Shown here piece after piece: positions 50,185 to 59,336 of a DNA stretch of 64,000 nt. Origin of the DNA: an uncultured archaeon (lineage in GTDB: Archaea; Asgardarchaeota; Thorarchaeia; Thorarchaeales; Thorarchaeaceae). Each line of letters opens with the position of its first letter. The first letter of the stretch is position 1. Under the pieces are notes generated by a model. That model was given only the letters and a program-made list of their open reading frames with translations. It did no database searches and was not told the DNA's origin. Location of the stretch: positions 32,001 through 96,000 of the forward strand of contig CAZLEV010000012.1 in NCBI GenBank assembly GCA_964558645.1, written 5' to 3'. A program made the translations under genes and the position numbers.

Positions 50185-50206
50185 GGAAGTGCCGCAAGGC
50201 ACTTCC
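50185..50206 (+). terminator. GNRA-capped stem-loop between pstS and pstC (mRNA stabiliser or attenuator)
   Basis: GGAAGTGCC-GCAA-GGCACTTCC, perfect 9 bp. Confidence 0.65.
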
Positions 50207-50317
50207 AACCCGATATTTTCGGCAACTTAAAGTGGCGGAATCTTGGTTCGCAGACTCGAAGGAATCATCGTTTCCTCCTGTCTGCTGATCAGATAATAGA
50301 AGCAATGGTGCAGAGTA

Positions 50318-51376
50318 ATGAACGGTCAACAATCCAAGCATCGAGGTCCAGGACGATCGGATGAAGTAAAAGGTAGGTTCAGAAAGAACTTTGAGAGTCT
50401 GAAGACATCGGCAAGGTGTTTCATAGACGAAGTGAGGACTGCGAGGGGAGGGGCAAGAGTTGATTTGATGGGACGCTTCGGACTATTCATTCCAGCGATA
50501 GCCAGCATTGGCATCATCATTCTCATTCTAACGTTCTTATGGTACGAATCAGTGCCGATACTCACGAGTCCGGAGGGTGGGCCCAGCATCATCTTTGAAA
50601 CGACGTGGGATCCCAATCGCAGCCTCTATGGAATCGCTATTTTCATCACGGGCTCTTTCATGTGTACATTCCTTGCAATAGGAATGGCAGTGCCACTCGG
50701 TATCGGGGCAGCTATCTTCTTGAGCGAGTTCTGCCCTCATGGAATTAGAACAGGCCTGCGCATAATTGTGGAGATGATGGCCGCAATCCCTTCTATCGTG
50801 TACGGTCTCTGGGCATATGTTGTTCTTGTGCCCTTCATCAAGTATGAGTTTGCCCCCGCAGTCCAATCGAATCCTCTCACGGCGTGGATGCCGTGGTTCA
50901 GCGGCCAGTCCAATGGCCTAGGTCTACTGGCTGGAGGAGTCATTCTGGCAGTCATGCTCCTACCCACTGTAGTCGCTGTTTCTGATGATGCACTTAGGTC
51001 AGTACCCAAATCATACCGAGAGGCATCTTTAGCCCTCGGCGCGACCACGGGAGAGACCGCAAGAAGCATTGTCTTGTCAGCTGCAATCCCAGGAATAGGA
51101 GCAGCGGTGATTCTCTCTCTTGGAAGGGCTGTTGGTGAAACCATGGCGGTCCTCATGGTGACAGGCAACTCGCTGCAAATCGCTTACTCGCTTTTCGACC
51201 CGATGTACGTCATGACTTCGATTATCACAAACCAGCTTGGTTATGCATACACGTACGAGCTCTGGCGCTCTGCCCTGTTTGCAGTTGCACTGATTCTGAT
51301 GCTAATGTCCATCCTCTTCACAGCTGCCGCCAAGCTGATCATAAAATGGGGGATGAGAACACGTGGAATGGAATAG
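50318..51376 (+). CDS. pstC: Phosphate ABC permease PstC
   Basis: AAIPSIVYGLW, REASLALGAT, GRAVGETMAV. Confidence 0.93.
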   Translation: MNGQQSKHRGPGRSDEVKGRFRKNFESLKTSARCFIDEVRTARGGARVDLMGRFGLFIPAIASIGIIILILTFLWYESVPILTSPEGGPSIIFETTWDPNRSLYGIAIFITGSFMCTFLAIGMAVPLGIGAAIFLSEFCPHGIRTGLRIIVEMMAAIPSIVYGLWAYVVLVPFIKYEFAPAVQSNPLTAWMPWFSGQSNGLGLLAGGVILAVMLLPTVVAVSDDALRSVPKSYREASLALGATTGETARSIVLSAAIPGIGAAVILSLGRAVGETMAVLMVTGNSLQIAYSLFDPMYVMTSIITNQLGYAYTYELWRSALFAVALILMLMSILFTAAAKLIIKWGMRTRGME

Positions 51377-51389
51377 GAGGCGATGAATA

Positions 51390-52382
51390 GTGGACGAGCG
51401 AGGCGCATCACTTCATCTTGATAGGAAGGAGGCCTACAATGACTCTGAGATTGCCATCCCAAAGACGGGTATCCTGACTGAACTTGAAGGATGGATCAAG
51501 CGACAGACTGCAATCAACTCCAAACGAAACCTAAAGGACTTCATATTCAAGGTTGCGCTATCGCTTGCTGTGGTCATCGTGTGCGCACCCTTCTTCTTGA
51601 TTCTGATTCAAGTAGGATCTGTGGGGCTAGATGTATTCTTGGGTTCTGGTCCTGGCAAGGGCTTGGACTTCTTCCTTAGCACTCCCGGACCAGGGTTAGA
51701 AGGAGGTATACTCAACGCAATTGTAGGAACAACATACCTGATCGGGATTGCCACACTTGTTGGCGTTCCACTCAGTGTCTTTGGCGCAATCTACATCACA
51801 GAATATACTCGTCCAGGACTCGTTCGAAGCTCCGTTGAGTTCGCTGCCGATGTCCTTGCGGGCATACCCAGTATTGTCTTTGGTGCATTTGGGTTCACAT
51901 TCCTGGTCATCTATCTCAAAATCGGGATGGGGATGCTAGCGGGTGGACTGACTCTTTCATTCATGATGATTCCGACTGTATTGAGAACAACTCAAGAAGC
52001 TCTCAGGCAAGTACCCATGTCGTTGAGAGAGGCATCCTTGGCCTTAGGAGCCACAAAATGGACAACAACTTGGAAGATCACTATTCGTGCAGCGTTTCCG
52101 GGCATCATCACCGGCGTGCTCTTGGCAATGGGAAGGGTGATGGGCGAAACGGCACCGCTCATCTTCACTTCCGGGAATAATCTGGAGCTCCCGACTGGCG
52201 TTACTGGACCAGCTTCTTGGGTGGCCTCAATGCCCTACACCGTTTGGAGCTATATTAGTGATCCCCGTAACTACGTCAATGCCAAGGCACAGGCCACAGC
52301 CCTTACACTCATGGGCATGGTTCTCTTCATTGACCTCATTGCGAATTATGTTTCAAGGAGAATCACAAGGAGAATTGTCTGA
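51390..52382 (+). CDS. pstA: Phosphate ABC permease PstA
   Basis: LAGIPSIVFG, REASLALGATKW, GRVMGETAPL. Confidence 0.93.
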   Translation: MDERGASLHLDRKEAYNDSEIAIPKTGILTELEGWIKRQTAINSKRNLKDFIFKVALSLAVVIVCAPFFLILIQVGSVGLDVFLGSGPGKGLDFFLSTPGPGLEGGILNAIVGTTYLIGIATLVGVPLSVFGAIYITEYTRPGLVRSSVEFAADVLAGIPSIVFGAFGFTFLVIYLKIGMGMLAGGLTLSFMMIPTVLRTTQEALRQVPMSLREASLALGATKWTTTWKITIRAAFPGIITGVLLAMGRVMGETAPLIFTSGNNLELPTGVTGPASWVASMPYTVWSYISDPRNYVNAKAQATALTLMGMVLFIDLIANYVSRRITRRIV

Positions 52383-52385
52383 AAG

Positions 52386-53147
52386 ATGGATGAAGAAACC
52401 ACAATTCAAGTCAAGAATCTAAACACATGGTTTGGGTCAAAACACATACTCAAAGACATATCATGCTACTTCGAAGACAACTGCGTCACAGGCGTCATGG
52501 GCCCATCTGGTTGCGGCAAATCTACCCTTTTGCGCACCATCAACAGACTCAATGACACGGTCGGTAACTTCAGCATGACCGGGCAGATTCTCATCGAGGG
52601 AAGGAACATCTATGACCCCGCAGCTGATGTGTATAACCTTAGGAAGAGGGTGGGAATGATCTTCCAAAGGCCAAACCCATTCCCGATGAGCGTCAAGGAC
52701 AATCTCACTTTCGGGCCAAAACTCCATGGAATCACCGAACGAGAGGAACTAGACGAGATTGTAGAGACTACCCTCAAGAAGGCAGCACTCTGGGACGAGG
52801 TCCGCGATAGCTTAGACCAGCCTGGAACAACGCTCTCGGGAGGGCAACAACAGAGACTCTGCATCGCACGTGCACTCAGTGTTGATCCCCCAGTCTTATT
52901 GATGGATGAACCTGTGTCGTCGCTGGACCCCTTGAGTGCAGCCAAGATCGAAGACCTGATTGTGGAGCTGAAGAAGGACTACACTATCATCCTTGTGACC
53001 CACAACGTTCAGCAGGCTTTTCGGGTATCAGATCGTGCAGCCTTCCTGTATCTTGGTGAGCTCGTTGAGTTCGACAAGACCTCGAGGATAGCTGAAGCGC
53101 CGAGTGACCCAAGAACAGAAGCCTTCATTACAGGTCGAATAGGTTAG
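52386..53147 (+). CDS. pstB: Phosphate ABC ATPase PstB
   Basis: GPSGCGKST, FQRPNPFPMS, LSGGQQQRLCIAR, TEAFITGRIG. Confidence 0.96.
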   Translation: MDEETTIQVKNLNTWFGSKHILKDISCYFEDNCVTGVMGPSGCGKSTLLRTINRLNDTVGNFSMTGQILIEGRNIYDPAADVYNLRKRVGMIFQRPNPFPMSVKDNLTFGPKLHGITEREELDEIVETTLKKAALWDEVRDSLDQPGTTLSGGQQQRLCIARALSVDPPVLLMDEPVSSLDPLSAAKIEDLIVELKKDYTIILVTHNVQQAFRVSDRAAFLYLGELVEFDKTSRIAEAPSDPRTEAFITGRIG

Positions 53148-53157
53148 AGGTGAAGTC

Positions 53158-53847
53158 ATGAGATCGCAACTCGAATTCTACATGGATGAGATTGTCAAGA
53201 GACTGGAGAGAATGCATGAGTTGGCAAGTAAGGCGCTGACCGACTCTATGAAGTCCTTTGAGGACCTTGACGAAGAAGCCGCGACTGTGGTCCAGGAACA
53301 AGTGGACGACATAGAGGAGCTCGCAGACAGGATTGAGAGCAACGTCTTCGAAACGATAGCAAGAAGACAACCGGTCGCAAGCGACCTTAGAGCATTAGCA
53401 ACATACAGCCATGTCGCTCATCACCTGCATCGAGTAGGGCGCTACGCATACAAGATAGCCTACATCACCAGACTATGCAATGGTCTCGACCACTACAAAG
53501 AACTCGAGTCCCTACCTTACCTGGCCGAGCTCGCAAAGTCAACTCTAGACATTGCAATGAAGGCTCTTATTGAAAGGGATCTATCAGAGATTGACGAACT
53601 TGAGAAGCTGGAGGCCGAGAGCGACCGAGAGACTGCTGAGATGTTCGAAGAGATTGCCGAGTTTCTCAAGAAGATGGACAACATCGAAACCATGTCGATG
53701 TTCTACGTGATCATTGGCCGGTACTGCGAACGCGCTGCGGATCAGGCCTTCGCAATAGCTGAGAGAGCCTACTACATGGTGACTGGTGAACGCAAGAAGT
53801 TAGGGCTAGCCTATAAGAAGCGAGAAAAAGAGATAGGTCCCCATTAA
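53158..53847 (+). CDS. phoU: Phosphate signalling protein PhoU
   Basis: IARRQPVASDLR, ERAADQA; last gene of the pst operon. Confidence 0.9.
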   Translation: MRSQLEFYMDEIVKRLERMHELASKALTDSMKSFEDLDEEAATVVQEQVDDIEELADRIESNVFETIARRQPVASDLRALATYSHVAHHLHRVGRYAYKIAYITRLCNGLDHYKELESLPYLAELAKSTLDIAMKALIERDLSEIDELEKLEAESDRETAEMFEEIAEFLKKMDNIETMSMFYVIIGRYCERAADQAFAIAERAYYMVTGERKKLGLAYKKREKEIGPH

Positions 53848-54389
53848 GAGTCCACAACCTCGACATCCTCCCCTTCAATGCGGGCCAAGATTGCCTCGAC
53901 CAAGTACTTGAAAGCTAAATCAACGTTGAGATTCTCTGTTGCTGATGTCTGAATCAGACGGGTTGCATGCGTTTCAGCGACTTCTATCACACTCTGAGGA
54001 TTCAGTTCGGACTCCAAGTCAATCTTGTTCTCAACAAACACCACCGGAACGCTTCCAGCAGCTGCATGTAAGGCTCTCAGCCACTTGCTGTAGTTCATGA
54101 GAGTGTCCGAACGGGTGCGGTCAAACACGAAAAACGCACCGGAGGCCTCAGAGCAGTACTGCTCCCGGAGTTCTGCAAAGGACTCGCCACCCCCGAGGTC
54201 CCAAATAACGAGCTTATTCATCAAATCTCTTATCTCAACGGACTTAACATGCAGGATTGCACCTATGGTACGCCCCATCTCTTCAGAGAGGCTATCGTAA
54301 ACATAGCGTTGAACAAGTGAAGTCTTCCCAACAGCGGTATCTCCCAAGAATACAATCTTGTGGACATAGTCATGTTGTCGCTGTTTCAA
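53844..54389 (-). CDS. Rab/Ras-like small GTPase B
   Basis: GDTAVGKTS, TIG, WDLGGG, NKID, TSA. Confidence 0.92.
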   Translation of the reverse strand: MKQRQHDYVHKIVFLGDTAVGKTSLVQRYVYDSLSEEMGRTIGAILHVKSVEIRDLMNKLVIWDLGGGESFAELREQYCSEASGAFFVFDRTRSDTLMNYSKWLRALHAAAGSVPVVFVENKIDLESELNPQSVIEVAETHATRLIQTSATENLNVDLAFKYLVEAILARIEGEDVEVVDS

Positions 54390-54445
54390 GTGGGATGCCT
54401 CACTAATTCTGGTAGGGACCTCTCCATCAGAGTGATGATTTGGCC

Positions 54446-54982
54446 TTAAGTGTGTTTCATGGGTCTACTTCGAGCCTTCTGGAGCATCTCACGGGTCATC
54501 TTCTCAAACGCACGCTCCACATTCTCATCTTCCTTGGCGCTCGTTCGAACGAGGGTCAGATCATGGCGTTCTGCCACAGATTCAGCCAGACCGTCAGGCA
54601 TCTTGCTCTCTAGATCAATCTTGTTCTCAATGAGTACGAGGGGAATCTTGTCGGTAACGCTGTAAAGGGCTTGTATCCATTCATCAATCCGCTCAAGTGT
54701 CTCCGGACGTGTCGTATCAAAAACAAAGAAGGCACCGGTAGCGTTCTGATAGTAAGCCTTCCTGAGCTGTGCAAAGTCGTTTTGGCCGGCGATGTCCCAT
54801 ACGACAAGTTTGACTCGTGTGTCATCAACGTCCATGGTCTTGACATGTATGTCCGTGCCGATAGTCGCCAGATAGTCGCCCTCGAAGCTGTCGTAAACAT
54901 AACGTCCAACCAGAGACGTTTTGCCCACTGCCCCTTCACCAAGAAAGACAAGTTTGAACAAGTAGTCGGCGGGTTGCAGCAG
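54446..54982 (-). CDS. Rab-like small GTPase A (start uncertain: TTG 54961 or CTG 54982/54979)
   Basis: DYLFK, GEGAVGKTS, ATIGTD, WDIAGQ, NKID, TSAK. Confidence 0.93.
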   Translation of the reverse strand: MLQPADYLFKLVFLGEGAVGKTSLVGRYVYDSFEGDYLATIGTDIHVKTMDVDDTRVKLVVWDIAGQNDFAQLRKAYYQNATGAFFVFDTTRPETLERIDEWIQALYSVTDKIPLVLIENKIDLESKMPDGLAESVAERHDLTLVRTSAKEDENVERAFEKMTREMLQKARSRPMKHT

Positions 54983-55229
54983 TCTTACTCTCCAGATGGC
55001 ATTGCTTGACTGATTAGGGTACGACGCTCAGATAAAACTATCGTACCCGAGTTAACCGGTAGATAGGAGAAATCAGCAGGAGGAATAGACTGAAGGTAGT
55101 TCTCTGAATAACCAATTCTGATTCTATCTCCCACATAAAACCTACACGGAGAATGGGCGTCAAATACAAACATCACTCGTACCAAAACTAACAAAAAGAC
55201 ACATATCCAACCGGAATCTGGGTCTTCAA

Positions 55230-56021
55230 ATGGAGATAGGTACCTTCGCACGTAATAACGATCAGATCAAAGATGCATTGAAGCATGACCCGGACTTCAT
55301 CGACCTTCGGATGGACCTTGCTCACAGCATAACGTTCAGCGATGCAACCGAAGACCTTGAAGATGCCGGCGTTCCATGCACACTCCACTTGCCCAGTCAC
55401 CCTAACTGGAAACCGATGGACCTGAGTCAGGAAATCGTACCCTACATAGACATTGCAGCAGATATTGGTGCAGAGCTTGTCACAATCCATTCCACCCTCT
55501 CGACCCTCATGTACACAGACGAAGACATAGACACGTTTCTAGACGCTGTACACCTAGCAGTAGATGCAGCCGAAAACGCGGGAGTGCCCATCGCCGTAGA
55601 GACCCTTGGTCTCTATTATACTGAACTGACTCTTCTGTTTGACTCACAACCATCCATGCAGCTCTGCCTAGATATTGGTCATGGGCAAATCATGGCACAT
55701 AGGAACCGATCATTGGGACACGTAGATTCCTTTTTTGACCGAATAGCTATGGTCAATGTTCACGATAATCATGGCGAGAAGATGATCGAGGAGGTTCTAG
55801 AACAGAGGAAGAAGCGAAGGTTATCCCGCGAGGAGATCAGAGAACTCGCACACAAGTATGATGAGCACCTCCCGATTGGCGAGGGTGATATAGACTTTCA
55901 ATCCATCTTCCAACAGCTAAAGCAACGAAACTATGATGGGCGCTTCTTGATGATGTGTGCGGATCCAGCAAGATTCCCTGAAGAAAGAGAGAAATTCATG
56001 AGTCTCTGGCTCAATGCCTAA
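55230..56021 (+). CDS. Sugar-phosphate isomerase / AP endonuclease 2 TIM-barrel protein
   Basis: VTIH, AVET, LDIGHG, VHDN, HLPIGEGDIDF. Confidence 0.82.
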   Translation: MEIGTFARNNDQIKDALKHDPDFIDLRMDLAHSITFSDATEDLEDAGVPCTLHLPSHPNWKPMDLSQEIVPYIDIAADIGAELVTIHSTLSTLMYTDEDIDTFLDAVHLAVDAAENAGVPIAVETLGLYYTELTLLFDSQPSMQLCLDIGHGQIMAHRNRSLGHVDSFFDRIAMVNVHDNHGEKMIEEVLEQRKKRRLSREEIRELAHKYDEHLPIGEGDIDFQSIFQQLKQRNYDGRFLMMCADPARFPEEREKFMSLWLNA

Positions 56022-57061
56022 TGTGACTTGGCCATCGAATCCACAAGACGCAAAACCTCTTTGAGCCCACCTTTGTCCTTAGCCTTCTCAAAGAGAAAGC
56101 GTGCAATTCTTACTGAGCGCATCGCGTCATCGTCTTTTCCCTGAACCACAAAGAATCGCGCCTGCTTCAGACGAGCATGACCCATCGCGCTGTAGACCTC
56201 AGACGGATAGTCAAACGAATCGGCTAGTACCATTTCTCCGCAATTCGGGCAGGGAATGAGAGTATCGGGAGTGATCTCGCTTGTTGTGGGAACAGCAGTC
56301 CGTTGTGTTTCTTGAGCGTCCTCGTCGCCAAGTTCCGTATATTCTAGGCCTCCCGAGTCTCTATCCTCTGCAGATATCACAGGAATATCCTCGTCGACCT
56401 CCTCATACTTGGCTGACCGAAACTCGCTCATCTCGCCACTCTCTGAACTCAGAGTCTTGGATAGCTTTTCAGTTTCTTTCGAATCCATCGAATCTCTAAC
56501 AATGGCCGAGTGGGATCCGAGTATCTTCTTCTCCGCATCGTTAGACTCTTCATCTGTAGTCTCAGATGCAATATGGTCAGACTCCAGCGGTTCCGAGATA
56601 TCAGGAGCGTGAGGACTTCCGGTTGTTTCAGAGAGCATTTCTGCTGTTTCTTGTTCTTCAAGCAGACCCCTCACATCACTGGCTCTGAGCATCCTAGACT
56701 CAACAACACCTGAGCTTGGTTCGTCAAAACCAACCTCTTCGGCTCTGCGGAAGGCCTCCTGTGCCTTCTCAAGTTCGGTCATCCCACGACTCTTTCCGGT
56801 CTTGCGAACTCGGTCGCGAGACACCTCTGAAGGTCTCACCCATCTGTCCTCTGTTGTAACCGAAGTTGTATCAGAGGGAGTCGGAGGTTCCTTGGGCCCT
56901 TCCTTGTCGTAAGTTGCCTTCGTGGTGACTTTGCCTGTTTCGCGAGCAGAAGGCTTCGAAATCTCACTGACTTTGCCAGCCTTGACTAGCTTCGCTCCAC
57001 ACCTGATGCAGAACTTGCGAAGGTCTTGATTGGCCTTTCCACATTCCTCGCATACCCGCAT
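56018..57061 (-). CDS. Zinc-ribbon protein with long acidic disordered linker
   Basis: CEECG..FCIRCG at the N-terminus; CPNCG near the C-terminus. Confidence 0.75.
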   Translation of the reverse strand: MRVCEECGKANQDLRKFCIRCGAKLVKAGKVSEISKPSARETGKVTTKATYDKEGPKEPPTPSDTTSVTTEDRWVRPSEVSRDRVRKTGKSRGMTELEKAQEAFRRAEEVGFDEPSSGVVESRMLRASDVRGLLEEQETAEMLSETTGSPHAPDISEPLESDHIASETTDEESNDAEKKILGSHSAIVRDSMDSKETEKLSKTLSSESGEMSEFRSAKYEEVDEDIPVISAEDRDSGGLEYTELGDEDAQETQRTAVPTTSEITPDTLIPCPNCGEMVLADSFDYPSEVYSAMGHARLKQARFFVVQGKDDDAMRSVRIARFLFEKAKDKGGLKEVLRLVDSMAKSH

Positions 57062-57193
57062 GCAATCACCTACAAGAGATAATACTGGTCATATCTTGTA
57101 TGTGGATTCTGATATACATTTGCTATGTCAGGAATCTAGGCCGTGAAGGTGAAATAGTAACATGCAGTAGACATCTAATTCTAAGCGGATTGC

Positions 57194-57625
57194 ATGACCA
57201 AAGGCCTCGAGTTTGCAGGCCAGATCTAGTGCGATGTTTCGGATATTGACCGAATCATTGAGCACAAGCTTGCATGATAGGTGTTATCGAAAGTGTTCGA
57301 GCTCAATGTATTGGGGCTAGCCGATCTAGACATGGGCGCCATGAATGGAATGCGTCTAGATGGCTCTGTTGACAAGACCAGTATGAGGTGGGCAGAAGTA
57401 TGGACAGACACAACCTATACGGAAGCGCCCCTCATGGCACATTAGCGAATGGCTGATGAGGGGCTAGAAACTTCCAAGGGCGCCTATATTGTGACATACC
57501 GGGATACAGGATACTGGTTCCGAACTCCGGAAGCTTGGATTGGAGATAGCAATTTCAGAGCAGGTATGTAAATGAGACCGTTGGCAGATTGGGCTTCGTA
57601 CCTGGGCCTATCCCAGCTTGAGTGA
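57194..57625 (+). pseudogene. Decayed C-terminal fragment of a GH116 glycoside hydrolase
   Basis: One frame gives AGQ..MGAMNGMRLDGSVD..EVWTDTTY..GYWFRTPEAW..NFRAGM*MRPLA.W, with stops at 57227, 57275, 57278, 57443 and 57569. Confidence 0.8.
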
Positions 57626-57639
57626 ACGGTTCAATCCAG

Positions 57640-58854
57640 TCACCTAACAGATGCTTGAATAGATGCAGCACGCTTGCACACAAGACTGTAGCATTCCGGT
57701 AGAGAGGTACTGCTCTCAACTATAGTGCAGATCGGGTCACCTCGCTTCACCCTTACACCCTTGGGAGACCTGTCATGTGTTCCCTTCCATTGTGAAAGGT
57801 CGGGTAAGGTTCCTCCACGCCGGGAGTAGACAATCATCTTCACTGCGGGCAGGTATGTAGGAATCCTATCGGGCAACATTCCCTCACAGGCTGAGATATG
57901 CATGTGACTGACGTTGATATCACTGGAAGCCTCAAGCATTTCAATTGTCCCTTGGATTCGGGGATTGACCTCCATGAGCCAGCCGGCTCCCACATAGTCT
58001 ATGACCAAGTCGATCCCATTAGACCCTAGAAGCCCGAGTTCCGCGCATAGATGGGCACACGCCGACCTCAGGTGCTCAGTAGTTTCCTTATCTAGCGCTG
58101 GCGGAAGGTAGTTGCCGCAATAGATGAAATCGCAGTTTCTGCCTGCAGAAGGGAGGCCGATGAGTTGCCCCTGTAATGAGAGAGCGACAGCATCATCTCC
58201 TGTCCCCAATACGCTGCAACTGATGTCTAGCCCGGGTATATATTGTTCGATGACCCGACTCAATTGTCCCTCTGAAGCCAGAATGTGTCCTCCGATATCT
58301 TCCATCAAGTCACTGTTTCTCACAAGCCGAATACCAGCACCGCCCCCAGACTTGTGAGGGCGTATCAGACAGGGGTAGCCAACCTGCTCAGCCGACTTGA
58401 GTGCCTCTTCGAGCGAAGTTACTGAATGCCTCTCTGGTGTCAGAAGATCCATCTGTTTCGCCAGCTTGGCCACCTTACTCGAATCTCTCGCTCGCAAGAG
58501 CAAATCTGAACTGTTCCCTGTCAAAGGACAGGCCTCCTCTATTATCTTAAGGCTCTCGGGATGATCGTCGAAGGAACTCCCCACGATGACATAATCCATC
58601 TTGGAACAGTCGAAGTTGTTAATCAGATTTTGAGCAAGAGAACGGTGAACGGGCTCTTCGAGGTCAGTTCTATGTCGCTGGTCTGGACGTGCATTGAGAA
58701 CAGAAACCCATCTGTGACAACACGATGACAGATCTTCATCACCCCAATAGTCGGATACGTACACCTGGGCACCTGCAATCTTCAGCGAACACGCCAGTGG
58801 ACGGGCATTGAACCCCGCTACTGCAATTCTTTTCCCAGACAGAGGTTTCTTCAT
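57640..58854 (-). CDS. ATP-grasp protein (H4MPT/methanofuran-linked C1 family-like)
   Basis: DYWGDEDL, SGGGAGI, EQYIPG, YCGN, GSNGIDL, EVNPRIQG; likely start 58854 (ORF track 59001). Confidence 0.82.
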   Translation of the reverse strand: MKKPLSGKRIAVAGFNARPLACSLKIAGAQVYVSDYWGDEDLSSCCHRWVSVLNARPDQRHRTDLEEPVHRSLAQNLINNFDCSKMDYVIVGSSFDDHPESLKIIEEACPLTGNSSDLLLRARDSSKVAKLAKQMDLLTPERHSVTSLEEALKSAEQVGYPCLIRPHKSGGGAGIRLVRNSDLMEDIGGHILASEGQLSRVIEQYIPGLDISCSVLGTGDDAVALSLQGQLIGLPSAGRNCDFIYCGNYLPPALDKETTEHLRSACAHLCAELGLLGSNGIDLVIDYVGAGWLMEVNPRIQGTIEMLEASSDINVSHMHISACEGMLPDRIPTYLPAVKMIVYSRRGGTLPDLSQWKGTHDRSPKGVRVKRGDPICTIVESSTSLPECYSLVCKRAASIQASVR

Positions 58855-58922
58855 CACATAGTCAGTAGGCCAAAGACACGATGTCCACATAAGAACATCG
58901 CCAACTGCGGAGATGACATGAT

Positions 58923-59255
58923 TTGAAGAAGGTTCATGAGTCTGAACTCGAAACCAATCGAGTATTTGGGCAAACGGGCTATGTGGATGTGATGGATGCA
59001 ATTGACGGTTCAGTCACCGCAGGCGTTCGCCTAGTGGGCCCGAATAGCGAGGTTCCGGCCCGTCCACACTCCCATGCTGATGCACAGATAGTCTATGTTC
59101 TCACTGGTAGGCCGCAAATTCAGAATGAGAAGGCAACTCTCCAGCTTCGTCCGGGTGATTTCGTCATCCTAGAACCATTCGAAGAACACTACATCCTGAC
59201 AGACGAACTTGAATCCAAGATATTTGAGGTCAAGTTCCCTCAGATAGACCAGTGA
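58923..59255 (+). CDS. Cupin domain protein
   Basis: PHSH..QIVYVLTG, LRPGD..P..EH. Confidence 0.82.
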   Translation: MKKVHESELETNRVFGQTGYVDVMDAIDGSVTAGVRLVGPNSEVPARPHSHADAQIVYVLTGRPQIQNEKATLQLRPGDFVILEPFEEHYILTDELESKIFEVKFPQIDQ

Positions 59256-59336
59256 CCACTAGAAACCAACCATTCGCACAAAGCTTATACCTAAGAGAAT
59301 AGAGTTGATTCATTGACTTGGTCTTGAGGTAATGAA

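Noticed and set aside
57227-57571. In-frame TAG/TGA as pyrrolysine or selenocysteine recoding
   Set aside because: Mixed stops including TAA at a conserved Tyr, and the gene is truncated
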